Positions 23,801 through 34,700 of a stretch of 64,000 nt of DNA are shown here, piece after piece. The number at the start of each line of letters is the position of its first letter. Positions within the stretch are counted from its first letter, which is position 1. Where the stretch lies: NCBI GenBank assembly GCA_000708835.1, contig DF236968.1, positions 62,001-126,000 of the forward strand, written 5' to 3'. The stretch comes from Klebsormidium nitens (Eukaryota; Plantae; Klebsormidiophyceae). The position numbers and the translations under genes are program-made. The notes under the pieces are model-generated. The model ran no database searches. It had not been told where the DNA came from and was given only the letters and a program-made list of their open reading frames with translations.

Positions 23801-26800
23801 GACGTCAACTAGATTCGTGCTTCTTGCAGGTACGACAGCGTCACTACCAAAGGCGAGCTCAAGTGGCAGGACTCTCTTACTCCGCTCAACGCTCCTTTCT
23901 TTGCGGCGGCCGACGGGCTCTTCGTGAACTACACCTGGAAAGCGGGGACGCCAGAAGCGTGCGCGCTCGCAGCCAACCGCCGCGCGCCAGATGTCTACAT
24001 GGGAGTCGATGTCTTCGGGCGGGGGACCTTTGGCGGGGGCGGATATCATGTAAGTGACGTGCAGGCGCAATCACTTTCTTTTGAGGTCTTCGATTGCTTG
24101 GAACGGCTGCCTTTTATTACTTCTTTGCGCAAAATTGTTGGCGCCAGGCCATTTCAGCAGGCGCAGCGCTCGGTCGCCAAACCCCGAAACCACAAAACCT
24201 TCGAATCCTGCTTTCTTGGTTCTTTCGCAATACTATTTTTTTTGAACGTGCACGACCGAGAGTTGGAGTTGGATTCAAGCTCTACACGCTGAATGTCCTC
24301 GTCTTCCAGCTTTCAGTCCCTCAAGCATTTTGTTCCCTTTCTCTCCCGGCAGAGCAGACAAAGCCCTCGCGGCAGCGCGCATCACCGGAGTGTTTGGCTG
24401 CCCTCTTCGCCCCGGCGTAGGCGATTGAGAATTTGCCTCGATACTTTCTGCGAAACGTTATATTGTCGGACACTGAGATTCTGAAAGGACGTATTTTTTG
24501 ACCAAGTTCTTTCTCTTCGCAAGGCAGACACAGCCCTCGCGGCAGCGCGCAGCGCCGGCGTGTCAGCTGCGCTCTTCGCCCCGGCGTGGGTGATCGAGAA
24601 CCCGCACGAGGCCGGGCCCAATTTTGAGGAGGCGCAGGAGAAATTCTGGGGGCTGGTGCAGCGGTGCTGGCCCGCCGCGCACCCCGCGGTGACTAGGCTT
24701 CCGTTTGAGTCGGACTTTAACCAGGTGAGTTGCGGCAAGATGCTTTTTGGCGCTGAAGTAAGTCTTTGGTTGCTTGTCTTTGTGGACACTGAAGGGCTCG
24801 AGATTGAAATTGCCCGCAGCGCTCCTTGAAACGATCCGAGAATCAGCGAGGACCTTCGGTCGAGGACCAGAAGCAGCGTCGATTCCTGATTAGTCAACGG
24901 TAATCCTGCGACCTTTTTTCGCACCGACTATGCACCAAGTCAGCTCCATCAACCGACTGCACGGCTGTTTCGCTGGATGAATCACTGTCACTTCCAGCTA
25001 TTGCAAAGAATTGCCTGCTTTGAACGACACATCTCTGCCCGAGTGTCCGTATCACATCCTTATGACATTCGCACCCCTCCAGTCGCCCTTTTCTAATGAA
25101 TACTGGTCAACACTTGACGCGAGCTTCTGCAGAAAATGGGCCAGATTCAGCGCTCCGACGCTGCCTGGTGTCCGAGCAATTGTTCACATACTGAATGCAT
25201 GTCCCCTGCTTTCATGAGTCGTCGAATCAAACGCTGACATTCCGGCCATAGTCCGCAGGCGGTAGGCCGCTCTCTGCGCTCGGACGGTGCCCTCGTGTCC
25301 GACCGTCCGTGGAACAACATGGCCCGGCAGAGCGTCCAACCGCTGCACCATGCCGCGCAAATTCGGTCTGCAAAGAAGCGGACAACTTTGGAGGCGGGAG
25401 TAAGGTGAGAGACTACGCATCATGAGTGTACGGCTTTAGTACCGAATTGTGCCTCAATCTACTTGTCACAGAGCGCCGCCTCTTGTAAGAACAAGCTCAT
25501 CTGAGAGGGAACGCTTGTGACGGCGAGAGTGTGAGGCGCCTTGTTGCCGAAACCTTTTTGAGCTACTTGGCAACGAACCAATCACAAAGCGCCTCCTTCG
25601 CAATGGGTATCTGACGACAAGCTTCATTGGAGTGGATGCGAGAGCTCTCCGACTTGCTTAAAAGGGGGACAAGCTTACTGCAAAAGAAAGTGGAAACCCC
25701 TTGTTCGGTGACGGCGATCAAACCCGCTGATGCGCGCTAACGTTTATTTTTCTCAGCTTCGAGAGCGCGTTCAACGGCGGCTCTTCGTACGAAGTCCGAG
25801 GCCGGCTCGAGAAGGGCGACTTTGCAGCGGTGCGGCTGTTTGATTGCAGCCTGGAGCTCAATCCGTCCAAAAGCCTGACCATCTCGTTCACGGTAAGACC
25901 CGAAAGACATATATGTTGTTATTAGGGGTTGTCGAAATGTCAGATGCGGGTGTTGAAGCGGGACTGCGTGATTCACTGACTTTGATAGAAGGCGTCAGGG
26001 CACCAGAACCCTATTGATGTATTTGTGTGCCACAACCGTTCAGAACCTGCTACAAAAGTTATACGTATGCAATTTTGTAGTCTTAGAGGTCTGTGACGGT
26101 TACTTGCCTAGAATCTGCTTCAGGGTCCACCATTTGGTCAGAGCACGATTGGCAGACAGTAGTGAATCGAGGCGGAGATCCCAGATAGCATATCTGCAGT
26201 TGCTCTGCCTTTCATCGCAACGAACGTGTTCACCAAATTCGAAATGGACGAATGAGTCTGACGTCTTCATATGAGTCTTCATATTGGTTCTGCCGTCCAA
26301 TCTCGTTGATGTGAGTGCTGTATCCCGCCTTGTAACGGGCTGCAAACCGCCCTCAAAAAGGCCTTAAAAGACCACACCTAGGAAGCAGGTGCGTTTTTTC
26401 GTCCGCACATCAGCGGGCATTGTTCCGGTTCCCTGGCGTTGCTTCCTCACGTCTTGCCGGCACAAGCTGACTCGGCATTCCCTTTTCCGCTCTTCAGGTG
26501 TCGGCGCTGCCGGACAGCCACGTGGCACTTCTTCTCCGCATCCGCTCAGCGGACAACAAAACCCTGACAATAGTCTGTAGCAGCGCCTCGGCGATTCCGG
26601 CCGGCGAATTGAAATACGAGATGACGGGAAGAAGCAACGTTCAGGGAACGGCCTCCGGGGAAACTAGAGCAGCGGGAAACGATGCCTCGGGGACACGCTC
26701 CGGGCAGTCCGTAGGGATTGCTCAAAACAGCATGAAACCGGGGGGCATGGCCGAGCAGAGCAGCACAGATCGAAGAGGAATGCAACTGGAGGCCGAGGAT

Positions 26801-27526
26801 CGGGGGGGCTCTGCCGAGCACTTTGAACGCTCCAATTCTCTCAGACGTCAGGAGCCAGGTGAGAGTAGGGCAGAAATGTCAGTTGTCAACTCAGACGGTG
26901 GGCAGTTCTTCGGTGGTCGAGAAGAGAGCGCGAGTTTACAAAGCGGGGAGTTGCATTCCATCAGCTGGGCGAGCTTTCGAAGCTTAGAGTCGCAGACAAA
27001 CGGCTGGCAAACGTTCGTTTTCCATGCGGAAGCAGGGTTAACGGGGCGATTGACCAATATTGGGGTTGTCTGCAACGTGGGCGGGTTGCTGGACGAAAGC
27101 GACCTGGAAAGCGTGTGGGAGACGATGAAAGAGCATACGGAAGATCTGTGGGTTTTGCGAGAACGAGAGGAGCAGAACCGGTGGGGACCGGTCGAAAACG
27201 AGCAGAAACCTACCGTTGCTATGGATGAAAGAACAGCAGACGATGCGACCGACCAACAAAACAATGGGAAGAAGGAAACCGGCAGTACGCGGGGGACTGT
27301 GACGAATCAGACCAGCGAGTCCTTGCAGCCGGAAATAAAGGAGCCAAGTATGGGCTCAGAACTAGGTCGGAGAATGCTGAGGGGCTCGGCCCGAAACGTT
27401 GAGAGCCATGAGGAAAGAGCATCTCATGTGGACGGAAGACCCGCCGAAGATCATGCTGCCAGGGATGACAACAACGGCTTTCGAGTCCGACTCGGCCACG
27501 TTGCATTACAGTACTTGAGTAACTAG
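20879..27526 (+). CDS. ENGASE: Cytosolic endo-beta-N-acetylglucosaminidase (glycoside hydrolase family 85)
   Basis: Exons 20879-21101, 21780-21979, 22328-22575, 23830-24049, 24524-24724 (AAG acceptor), 25259-25404, 25757-25892 and 26498-27526. Motifs RLLVCHDLQGGY, IDVFVYFSHHLVTIPP, VLGTFITEW, catalytic FDGWLLNIEN, GLFVNYTW, VYMGVDVFGRG, SAALFAPAW, PWNNMARQSVQP. Confidence 0.94.
23240..23975 (+). repeat. Four tandem 184-185 bp units, each a 3' splice site plus the first ~130 nt of ENGase exon 4; only the last copy is the complete exon
   Basis: GCAG|GTAY acceptor-like sites precede positions 23276, 23460, 23645 and 23830. Each is followed by a variant of YDSVTTKGELKWQDSLTPLNAPFFAAADGLFVNYTWKAG coding sequence. 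Confidence 0.92.
24340..24600 (+). repeat. Direct duplication (~172 bp spacing) of the acceptor and 5' part of ENGase exon 5
   Basis: gcagacaaagccctcgcggcagcgcgcatcaccggagtgtttggctgccctcttcgccccggcgtagg (about 24354) matches gcagacacagccctcgcggcagcgcgcagcgccggcgtgtcagctgcgctcttcgccccggcgtggg (24524). Confidence 0.88.
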
Positions 27527-28805
27527 CCTGGGACGTGTACTTGTATAAGTGCCTTTGCCTTGAAGACGCTGAATGCTTTTTGGTCCCTGTAGACGCTTCT
27601 ACTGACTCTGGACGATCGACGGCTTGTCTCCGTCGATAACTGATATACTGAAATATACGATACATTTGCGTACATTTCGTAAGTGCCTTTCGGTGCGGAG
27701 GCTATTTCTGGTCTCTGCACAGCGGGCCGCGGCATGATCATACATTCAATTGTGCTGGCCTATGCAGTCAACCTCCGACTTTCGTATAGAAATACGAACA
27801 GGCCCGGCCTTGCCATGCAAGCCCGAGCGACAGACGTTTGAAACTTCTTGCATGGTCCAACTTCATTCATGCAAAGCTCCGGTGGTCCAAGCTACAAAGT
27901 AGTGCATAGACTTATCATGCAATGTCATGCATCCCGCGCGGCCGCCCTCTGCTTTATCTGCCGACATCCGATCAGACCTAGATCGAGGAACAAAATCATT
28001 CATCGAACAGTGTTTGCAAACGCGCACGTTTACATGACGTACACAAATTACCATGCAAAGATATGAACAATACTCATATTTAATCCAAGGCATACTTTCC
28101 CGACAACATCAGACTCTCGCGATCGAGTGCATGTCGACAGGCTACATACTTATATAAGATCGTCGGCATCTATGATCGAAGTGCCAAGTTGGACACTATA
28201 TCGATCAGTTGCAGTTGCATGCCATTCATGCCAGAACACATTCGATCGAAAGGCCCATATAGGTAGTGCGAACGTACCTCGATAATTGGCTCTGGATTGG
28301 AAAGCTGCTCTTTGCATGTTTAGCTACTGCTGGGTCTGCCGCCGCCATTGTATGTAACAGTCACGTTCCTACATAACGTATTCGGATGAACAATGATCGT
28401 CAATGCCCAAATCTGTAGCGCCCCGGGCCCACAATCGCTGTACGTTTGTACATTTTTGAGCACACGCATCACTCAGGCTTTTTTATAGTCATTGCAAACC
28501 CCGGCGGCCACCTCTTATCAACTTCCCCCTGGAAGAGTTCGTCAATACTTGACAGAGTTTTTGACTAATATCACGGAGCAACATGATCAAATTGCAGCCT
28601 ATTGCTGTCATTCGAATCACTCATCTTGAGAGACTCAACTTAGCCCGCGGCCTTCTACTTCGCTTGTAGACTCCATTTACTGCACACTGATATGTGTGAT
28701 GTTGAGCGTATGGATGTCCTTGAGCAAGGCGGCTTTAGATGCCCAAACCCTGACAACTTGGCTTTCAATGCTCCGCATCACAAGTTGGCATACCACGTTC
28801 CGAGA

Positions 28806-30807
28806 TTATGTCTTCCTCACTGCGAGCTTTGCCACCGTCTGGTCGTGAATCTCTCCGAGGATCGGTGCTGGCAACTGCACGTATGCCCACTTCAGAAACC
28901 GTTCTCTGCTCTCGGACACATGCGCCTGTAAAGCAGAAAGACACAGTTGCATGAGAATGCTGCTGCTTCGTCACGATTCGTACTGCACGAATCCGCAATC
29001 AGTTGCTTGCAGTGAGCTTTTCTGGGTCAGTACTTGCATTGTAGAAAGACGTTCCTAGGAAGGCCGCAGCTCTTGAAGCATAGCGGTCCCGAATACAAAG
29101 TGCGCGGTTTTGACCGCTCCGTTTCCACGAACCCCTCAAGATCCGCACTTAGTTCGTTGTGCTGGCTGAGAAGCGGTTTTCTGAATACACGAATACACGA
29201 ATATTGCGGAGTTTTTCAAATACAAGTTGTGCCGGGATTCAACTATTAAATTTCTGAAAACGAGAGACGGGCAGGATAATTTGATGCGAACGAAAGTTCT
29301 TTCTGTCTTGCCAGGCAACCGTGGCGGCTCGCACAAGGTTCTTGTAGCAATGTCTCAAAGCAGTCGCCTAAACCCCCTACGAAACTGAGACCAAATCGTA
29401 ACGTGATTGTTCAACGGGAGTGACAGCCTGAGAATGCGCAGCTCCATCAAACGTATGGGAAAGGAATTAGCCATAGAAGTGCTGGGTCTGCATTGAAACA
29501 GCCAATATAGAGCGGTTCCGGAAAAACACGCCAAATAAGCTGAAGCTCACCTTCAGTTCAAACAGGCTTCGGTCCACAACGCTCGCCCGCAGATCTAATA
29601 GGCACATCGCCAAGTCCGCTGCCATTGTGGGGGTGAACTCTACCCGCAAACCACCCCCCGGTTCGGAAGCTGATCTCAACCCGGGATTGCACCGCAAATA
29701 TCTCTCCCCGAACCTCCTCAGGATCCGCAACCGCTTATGGGGAAGGTTTGGCATGACAAACCCACCGTCGAATAATTCGAGCGCATCTTCAATATCCAGA
29801 CCCGCAAAATCGAACGGTTCTAGGTAGGCTTGCAATATCTTGTCGCAGCGAGGGGTTCGATCTCCCAGGTAATCGCCTATCAGGCCCCGGTTGAGATCCG
29901 CTCCCTTGAGCAGAAATCGGGCGACAGCAGACTCCTCGTGGAAGACTTCGTTTTGCATGAGGAATGCGATGCCCTGCCGGGGCTTGGCGTTGAAGAGGGG
30001 AGCTGCCTCCTGTGGATGCGGAATACCTCAGGTGAGGGTGCAGGTTAGAGGGGGTTAGAGTGCGGAGGTAGGAATTGCCTTTCTGTAGCAAATAAGGGAG
30101 CAGAAATGAGCGCGCCGCCAAGCTATAGGAGGTGACTCACAGGTTAGTGGAAGCGGGTTTAGCGGTAAGGTTAGGGATCAGGATTTAGAGCGCAGTGTGG
30201 AGAGCAGCTCAACTGTTTTCTAGGCTAAAGCATGTGTCATTTGAGGATGAGTATGAGCCTTGCGGGAACAGGTTACAGGACACACAGACAGATATTGGGA
30301 CTGTAGAAAGACCACCTGAACCGTAGTCATCCCTGTATTCTCAACTTGTTCAAGGGTGCTTCTGATAGTGCCTCTTCTAATTGCAGAATGGTCATCACTC
30401 CTACAAACATATCAATGTCAGTCAGCTGCAGCTTTTAGGGTCCTCAAGCTAGCGCCTCAATTTCCAGTCCCCCACCAAAGGCTTGAGTATAGCCTCACCT
30501 GACTTGCGACCGCGTGCCACCGTCGGCCGACCTGCCATGCCGACAGGAATGCCTCTGGTTCGCACTTTCGCAGAATGAGGGCCAGAAGCTCATCAGGGAG
30601 GGCAGAGAATGGGTTTTCCGCCTCCAACACCAGACTCAGTTCAGAGTCTGCTTTTCCAAGGGCGGATGTCTCCAGTCCAGGGTCACATTCGGCTCCAGTG
30701 CGACCAGAAGTCTCTGAGGGGGAGGATCCTGTGCCACTAGTGACATAGAGCTTACTCCATCTGTCTGCCAGCCAGCTCTTTGCAGCCGTCCAGAAGAAGG
30801 GCTCCAT
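28806..30807 (-). CDS. FBXO8: F-box + Sec7-like domain protein (FBXO8-like architecture), 295 aa
   Basis: Exons 30807-30499 (F-box FSALPDELLALILRKCEPEAFLSAWQVGRRWHAVA), 30009-29551 (Sec7-like LFNAKPRQGIAFL...VARFLL...LNRGLIGDYLG...ILQAYLEPFDFAGLDIEDALELF...FGERYLRCNPG) and 28925-28806 (AHVSESRERFL...LPAPILGEIHD). All junctions are phase 0. Orthology to FBXO8 is inferred from architecture. Confidence 0.82.
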
Positions 30808-31771
30808 GGCTCTAAAGAGCTGAATCTATTCTGGTGAATCTAAGCTTCTCCTGAGTACAACCTTTGAACCTCCTTTGGACGCAATTCGCCAATATATAAT
30901 TCAGAAGCCTGGTTGGATGCTCGTGGCTTCTCTCCTTCTCAGGTGGTCTAAAGCCAACTCAAGTGCTGCTCCATAGCTCGTGAATCCCCAAGGAGTCGAG
31001 AAGAGGCCGGCATGCCCAGAAGCTCAGCGGATGTCAAAGTGTCGTGAGCTGAAGGTCCAGGCATAGATCGATGCCAGCGCTCAAGCACCAAAGTACGTCT
31101 TCCCCAGTAGTACTTCAGCCTTTTCTGCGCCTCCCCACGCGCCTCTCACCTTCAATGCTGCACAAGCAGTGGCTTTAGAAGCAAAGGTGGACGAGCCAGT
31201 CTCCAGAGCTGCCAGGGTCCAATGAATGCGGGGCGCTGGTCGCGCTACCGGTCAGGGGGATCACTCCAACTTGACTGACTCTGACTCTGACTCTGAGTAT
31301 GGTACGTACCGCGTGACCACTTGGCAGCATGACGTCGCACTAGAGCTGGCCTGTGCTGAGGACGTCAACAGTTCCTGCCATGGCGCATTATGGCTGCAGG
31401 CGGCCTGCAGGCTTTATTACACTGATCTGCTCCGCAGCACAAGCAATACACCAAGCAATTATACCAAGCCCTGGGCTGCTTGTTCCTATGGGCATCAACT
31501 CAAGTTGTGGAATGCACAGGCAATTGCACACCAAATGCTGACAACTTTCCTCATTGAAGTTCTTCTCGAGCTTGGGCCAGTGTAGCGCCACTCCTGTTAG
31601 GTAGGAGGTCTGTGGAACAGTTGAGAAAGTGGTCGCAGTGCTTACTCTGCATTCCTCGAATTTAGACTGCCACTTTTGGCGCCGGTGGGCAACTCAACGG
31701 ATCAATAGCACCCCCCCGTAGGCCAGCTCTCTGCCTCCTTATGCGGCAGCTGACTTTACTGCATCCTCGTT

Positions 31772-34700
31772 ATGTCATTCTCTCTGTTCAAGCAGAAGGG
31801 TGTTCGCACTCCCGAAGACATCGTGAGGCACGTGCGGGACGCTCTACGAGCCTCAGTGGAACACCATGATCAGTCGTCTGAAGCAGAAACGAAACTTCGT
31901 TATGAAAAGGTGCGGTTCTTGTGTTTGGCAGCATGGTTTTAGCATCAGCATGGCAGCATTGCTGTTCATTGATAGTCGATGGTTTACTTTCTTTGCCAAG
32001 CAATGAAAGGTGCGGCAGACCTGATCAATAGGCTCATGCGAGCATCGTTTGTAATGCATCACATCCGTCCAAGGACAAAACCCTCTTCTTTTCCAAACCT
32101 ACACCTTGGGCTCTCCTCAGGAGCATAAGCAGATGATTCACTCGTGCCGTTACAGTAGGGGGTCTTATGAGTATGACGGTGTCCGCTTCTTCAAGTAGCT
32201 TGCACAGATAGCTGGATGCCTGATAGGCAAAAGCGTTGACCTCTGTAATAAAAGCATAGGGAATGCCATATCTTGGGCTACACTTCTGGTTATTGCAAAC
32301 CTCATTCTTCCTGCATGCCAGGTATGGATTTGTTACAGTGGCCTCACGCAGCCAGACTGTTGTGGCTCAATCCCAGGCCACAGCCCCAGCCACACCACTT
32401 GTTTTCCCCAGAAGCTCACTGCACCTGTGCGCACTCACTCTTCTTCTTTGAAAGAAGACACCACACCCCCCAGCAGTTGTGTAACACCTGTCACAATCTG
32501 AGCGGACTTGGCATAATCTTTAAAGGACCAGAATCGGTGCTTTATCAGGCACGTTGCTGTGCAGGCGTGCGAGAGCCTGGAAGTCCTCAAGGCGGCTCTC
32601 GGCAGTGACAGCTCCGTAGAGGGGGCTCCCGATGCCGTAGCGGAGGCTGCGTGCCGGGAGGCGGTTCCCGAGGCTCTGATCGCAGCACTGCCGGGCCTAG
32701 ACTTCCAGGTGGGCCCTTCTGCTCCGCACTGGCACCTGGCATCACTACCACACTATGGACATGCGCACTATGTTGTCACTTGTGTGAAAACACCCGTCGT
32801 ACGTTTGGTCGCCCTCCCAAAAGTACTTCAAGGATCATACGTTTTGGTCGCCTCTCACCTCTTGCCTCTTCTTGAAAGTAGATCAAGGATACTCAAGCCA
32901 GTCATTTGGTTGCTTTCTTACCAGTATCTCAATCACAACCGTATGACATGTTCGTCGCCTTTCTAAAATCAATTGAAATACATGGCCTTTCTCCAGGTTG
33001 AAGACTGCGGGCGCGTATTCGCTCCATAGCAGCCAGAAATGTTATGATTTGTTGGTGTCAGCAAAATCACAAAACCATACTCTGTATGTCCAAACAATGT
33101 TATGCCACGCAAAGCAAAGGCAGGCGGCGGCGGCTGGAGTGTGCCAGCGGAGTAAGATGGCCTCTTGCGGGAAAAAGGTTGCCGGGGCGTGTTCTCGCAG
33201 CCACAGTGCTTCATTCTCTTGTGCTGGGAGCCGGTGGCCGATCGTTCATGTTGTTTGTGGACAAAGACGATGTCCACATTGAGCACTGGCCTGATTTGGA
33301 CTTCAAGTGCTGCGGGGACTTGAGGGGGGTGTGGTGAATAGGAATGTGCTCAGCTCGTGTTCTACGGCCTGTGTAGGGACGCAAGCTGGCGGCTGCGGTC
33401 TTTGCCGGTCTACTGCGACAACCAGCCCCGCCCGTCTACCTGGAGCAGCACCCCCTCCTGATGGACCAACTCATCGCAGGGTCAGCACCAACGCTTTTGG
33501 GACTTAACCATGGCTGGCTGTGCCCGGGTTAGCAGCTGATCAGGCTGCGCAGATCCTGGTTACTGTCTCTGGTTAAGCACAGTATATGATCCCCATGGCC
33601 GCCCTCCTTCCCAGCTTTGAATATGGGCAGCCTGGGAGGGAGTGAGTACATGGGGTCACTCTGCGCTAAACGCCGCTTGGCTTGCAGCCCCCGCCCCTCC
33701 CCTAACCCTGTGTTCAACCCTCCTCTAACTTTCTTCTTGAACCCTCCTCTAACCTCCTGCTTAACGCTCTGATTTGTCGGTGCAGGTATGCGCAGCCGCC
33801 GATCGCCCTCTTCTGCGGCAGCATGCTCCGGGACTGTGCGCGACACGCCGGCGTCACGCGGTGCGTCCGTTTCCCTCCTGCCTTGCCTTTATCAATTTCT
33901 AGCGTAGTTGTGATAAGTGCAGGATATATTAAGCATCTGATTCCTACGTGCCCTGCTTCTATGAATTTCTACCGGTTGTATTTAAGTGGAAGATAAGATA
34001 ACCCTGGGACGGGTGCAGTTAGTACGGGGGTTTAGGGTGGGCATGGTTGCGGAGCGGGTCGGCGTTTCGGGTGTTAGCTTCTTTCTTATCAATTATAACT
34101 TGGGCTTATGTTAACCAACCTAAAAACCTACCTTACTTCTCCTGGCCCCGCACTTGCTCAGTCCGGCTCTAAAACGCACTGGAACGAACCGGTTCCCTTT
34201 CTCAGCTGTGGGCCGTTTTGGTGGCGATGCTTCTGATTAGCGCTGGATTTAGGAGGCGCTTATACCTTAAGCGGTTCCAGTACGCATTTCACAGAGGGCG
34301 TCTCTCTCCGTGTGTGCAGCGAGGTTCTGAGCCTGCCGTCCTTCTTCCGCTTCTTCGAGTATGCCCAGGCCCCGTCTTTCGAGGTATCATGCGATGCTTT
34401 CACAACCTTCAAGGTAAGCCTTCCTTGGCAAACTGATGGATTTGCGGACATTTGAAGAAAAATGGCTCCCACTAGATTCCGAACCAGGAATACTAGATCT
34501 CAACTATTAGAATCCCAATACGACAGGAGAACGGACAGCCAGAGTTAAGCCGAATTTGCTTCTTTTAACACCCGTCCGCAAGTATGCACCGGCTACTCTC
34601 AACGAAGCGCTGGTAACATGAAGCATGTGAAGATGTAGATTCCCAATAAGGATAGAATAACCACAGCAACAACAACAACGGTAGGGGGCCAAACTGACGC

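Noticed and set aside
23276-23960. Regularly spaced repeats superficially like a CRISPR array
   Set aside because: The units are full-length divergent copies of exon/intron sequence with no repeat-spacer structure; the context is eukaryotic and there are no cas genes.
23226-24070. ORF-track entries on both strands over the ENGase repeat array
   Set aside because: They are shadows of the duplicated exon sequence, not independent genes.
13850-28260. Short shared words (atgatcgaRgt, gtccaactcgatt) among intergenic regions at about 13.9, 14.2, 28.2 and 53.0 kb
   Set aside because: Matches are 13 bp or shorter and do not extend by eye; I cannot distinguish an old repeat family from compositional bias.
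28990-29340. Possible extra PH-like exon in the F-box/Sec7 gene
   Set aside because: Direct phase-0 splicing from 29551 to 28925 gives a better Sec7 C-terminus, and the candidate exon's phase leads to an early stop.
31226-31591. 119-aa plus ORF and 67-aa minus ORF between the FBXO8-like gene and MO25
   Set aside because: No homology cues; the region is probably a shared promoter/5' UTR with splice-like signals on the minus strand.
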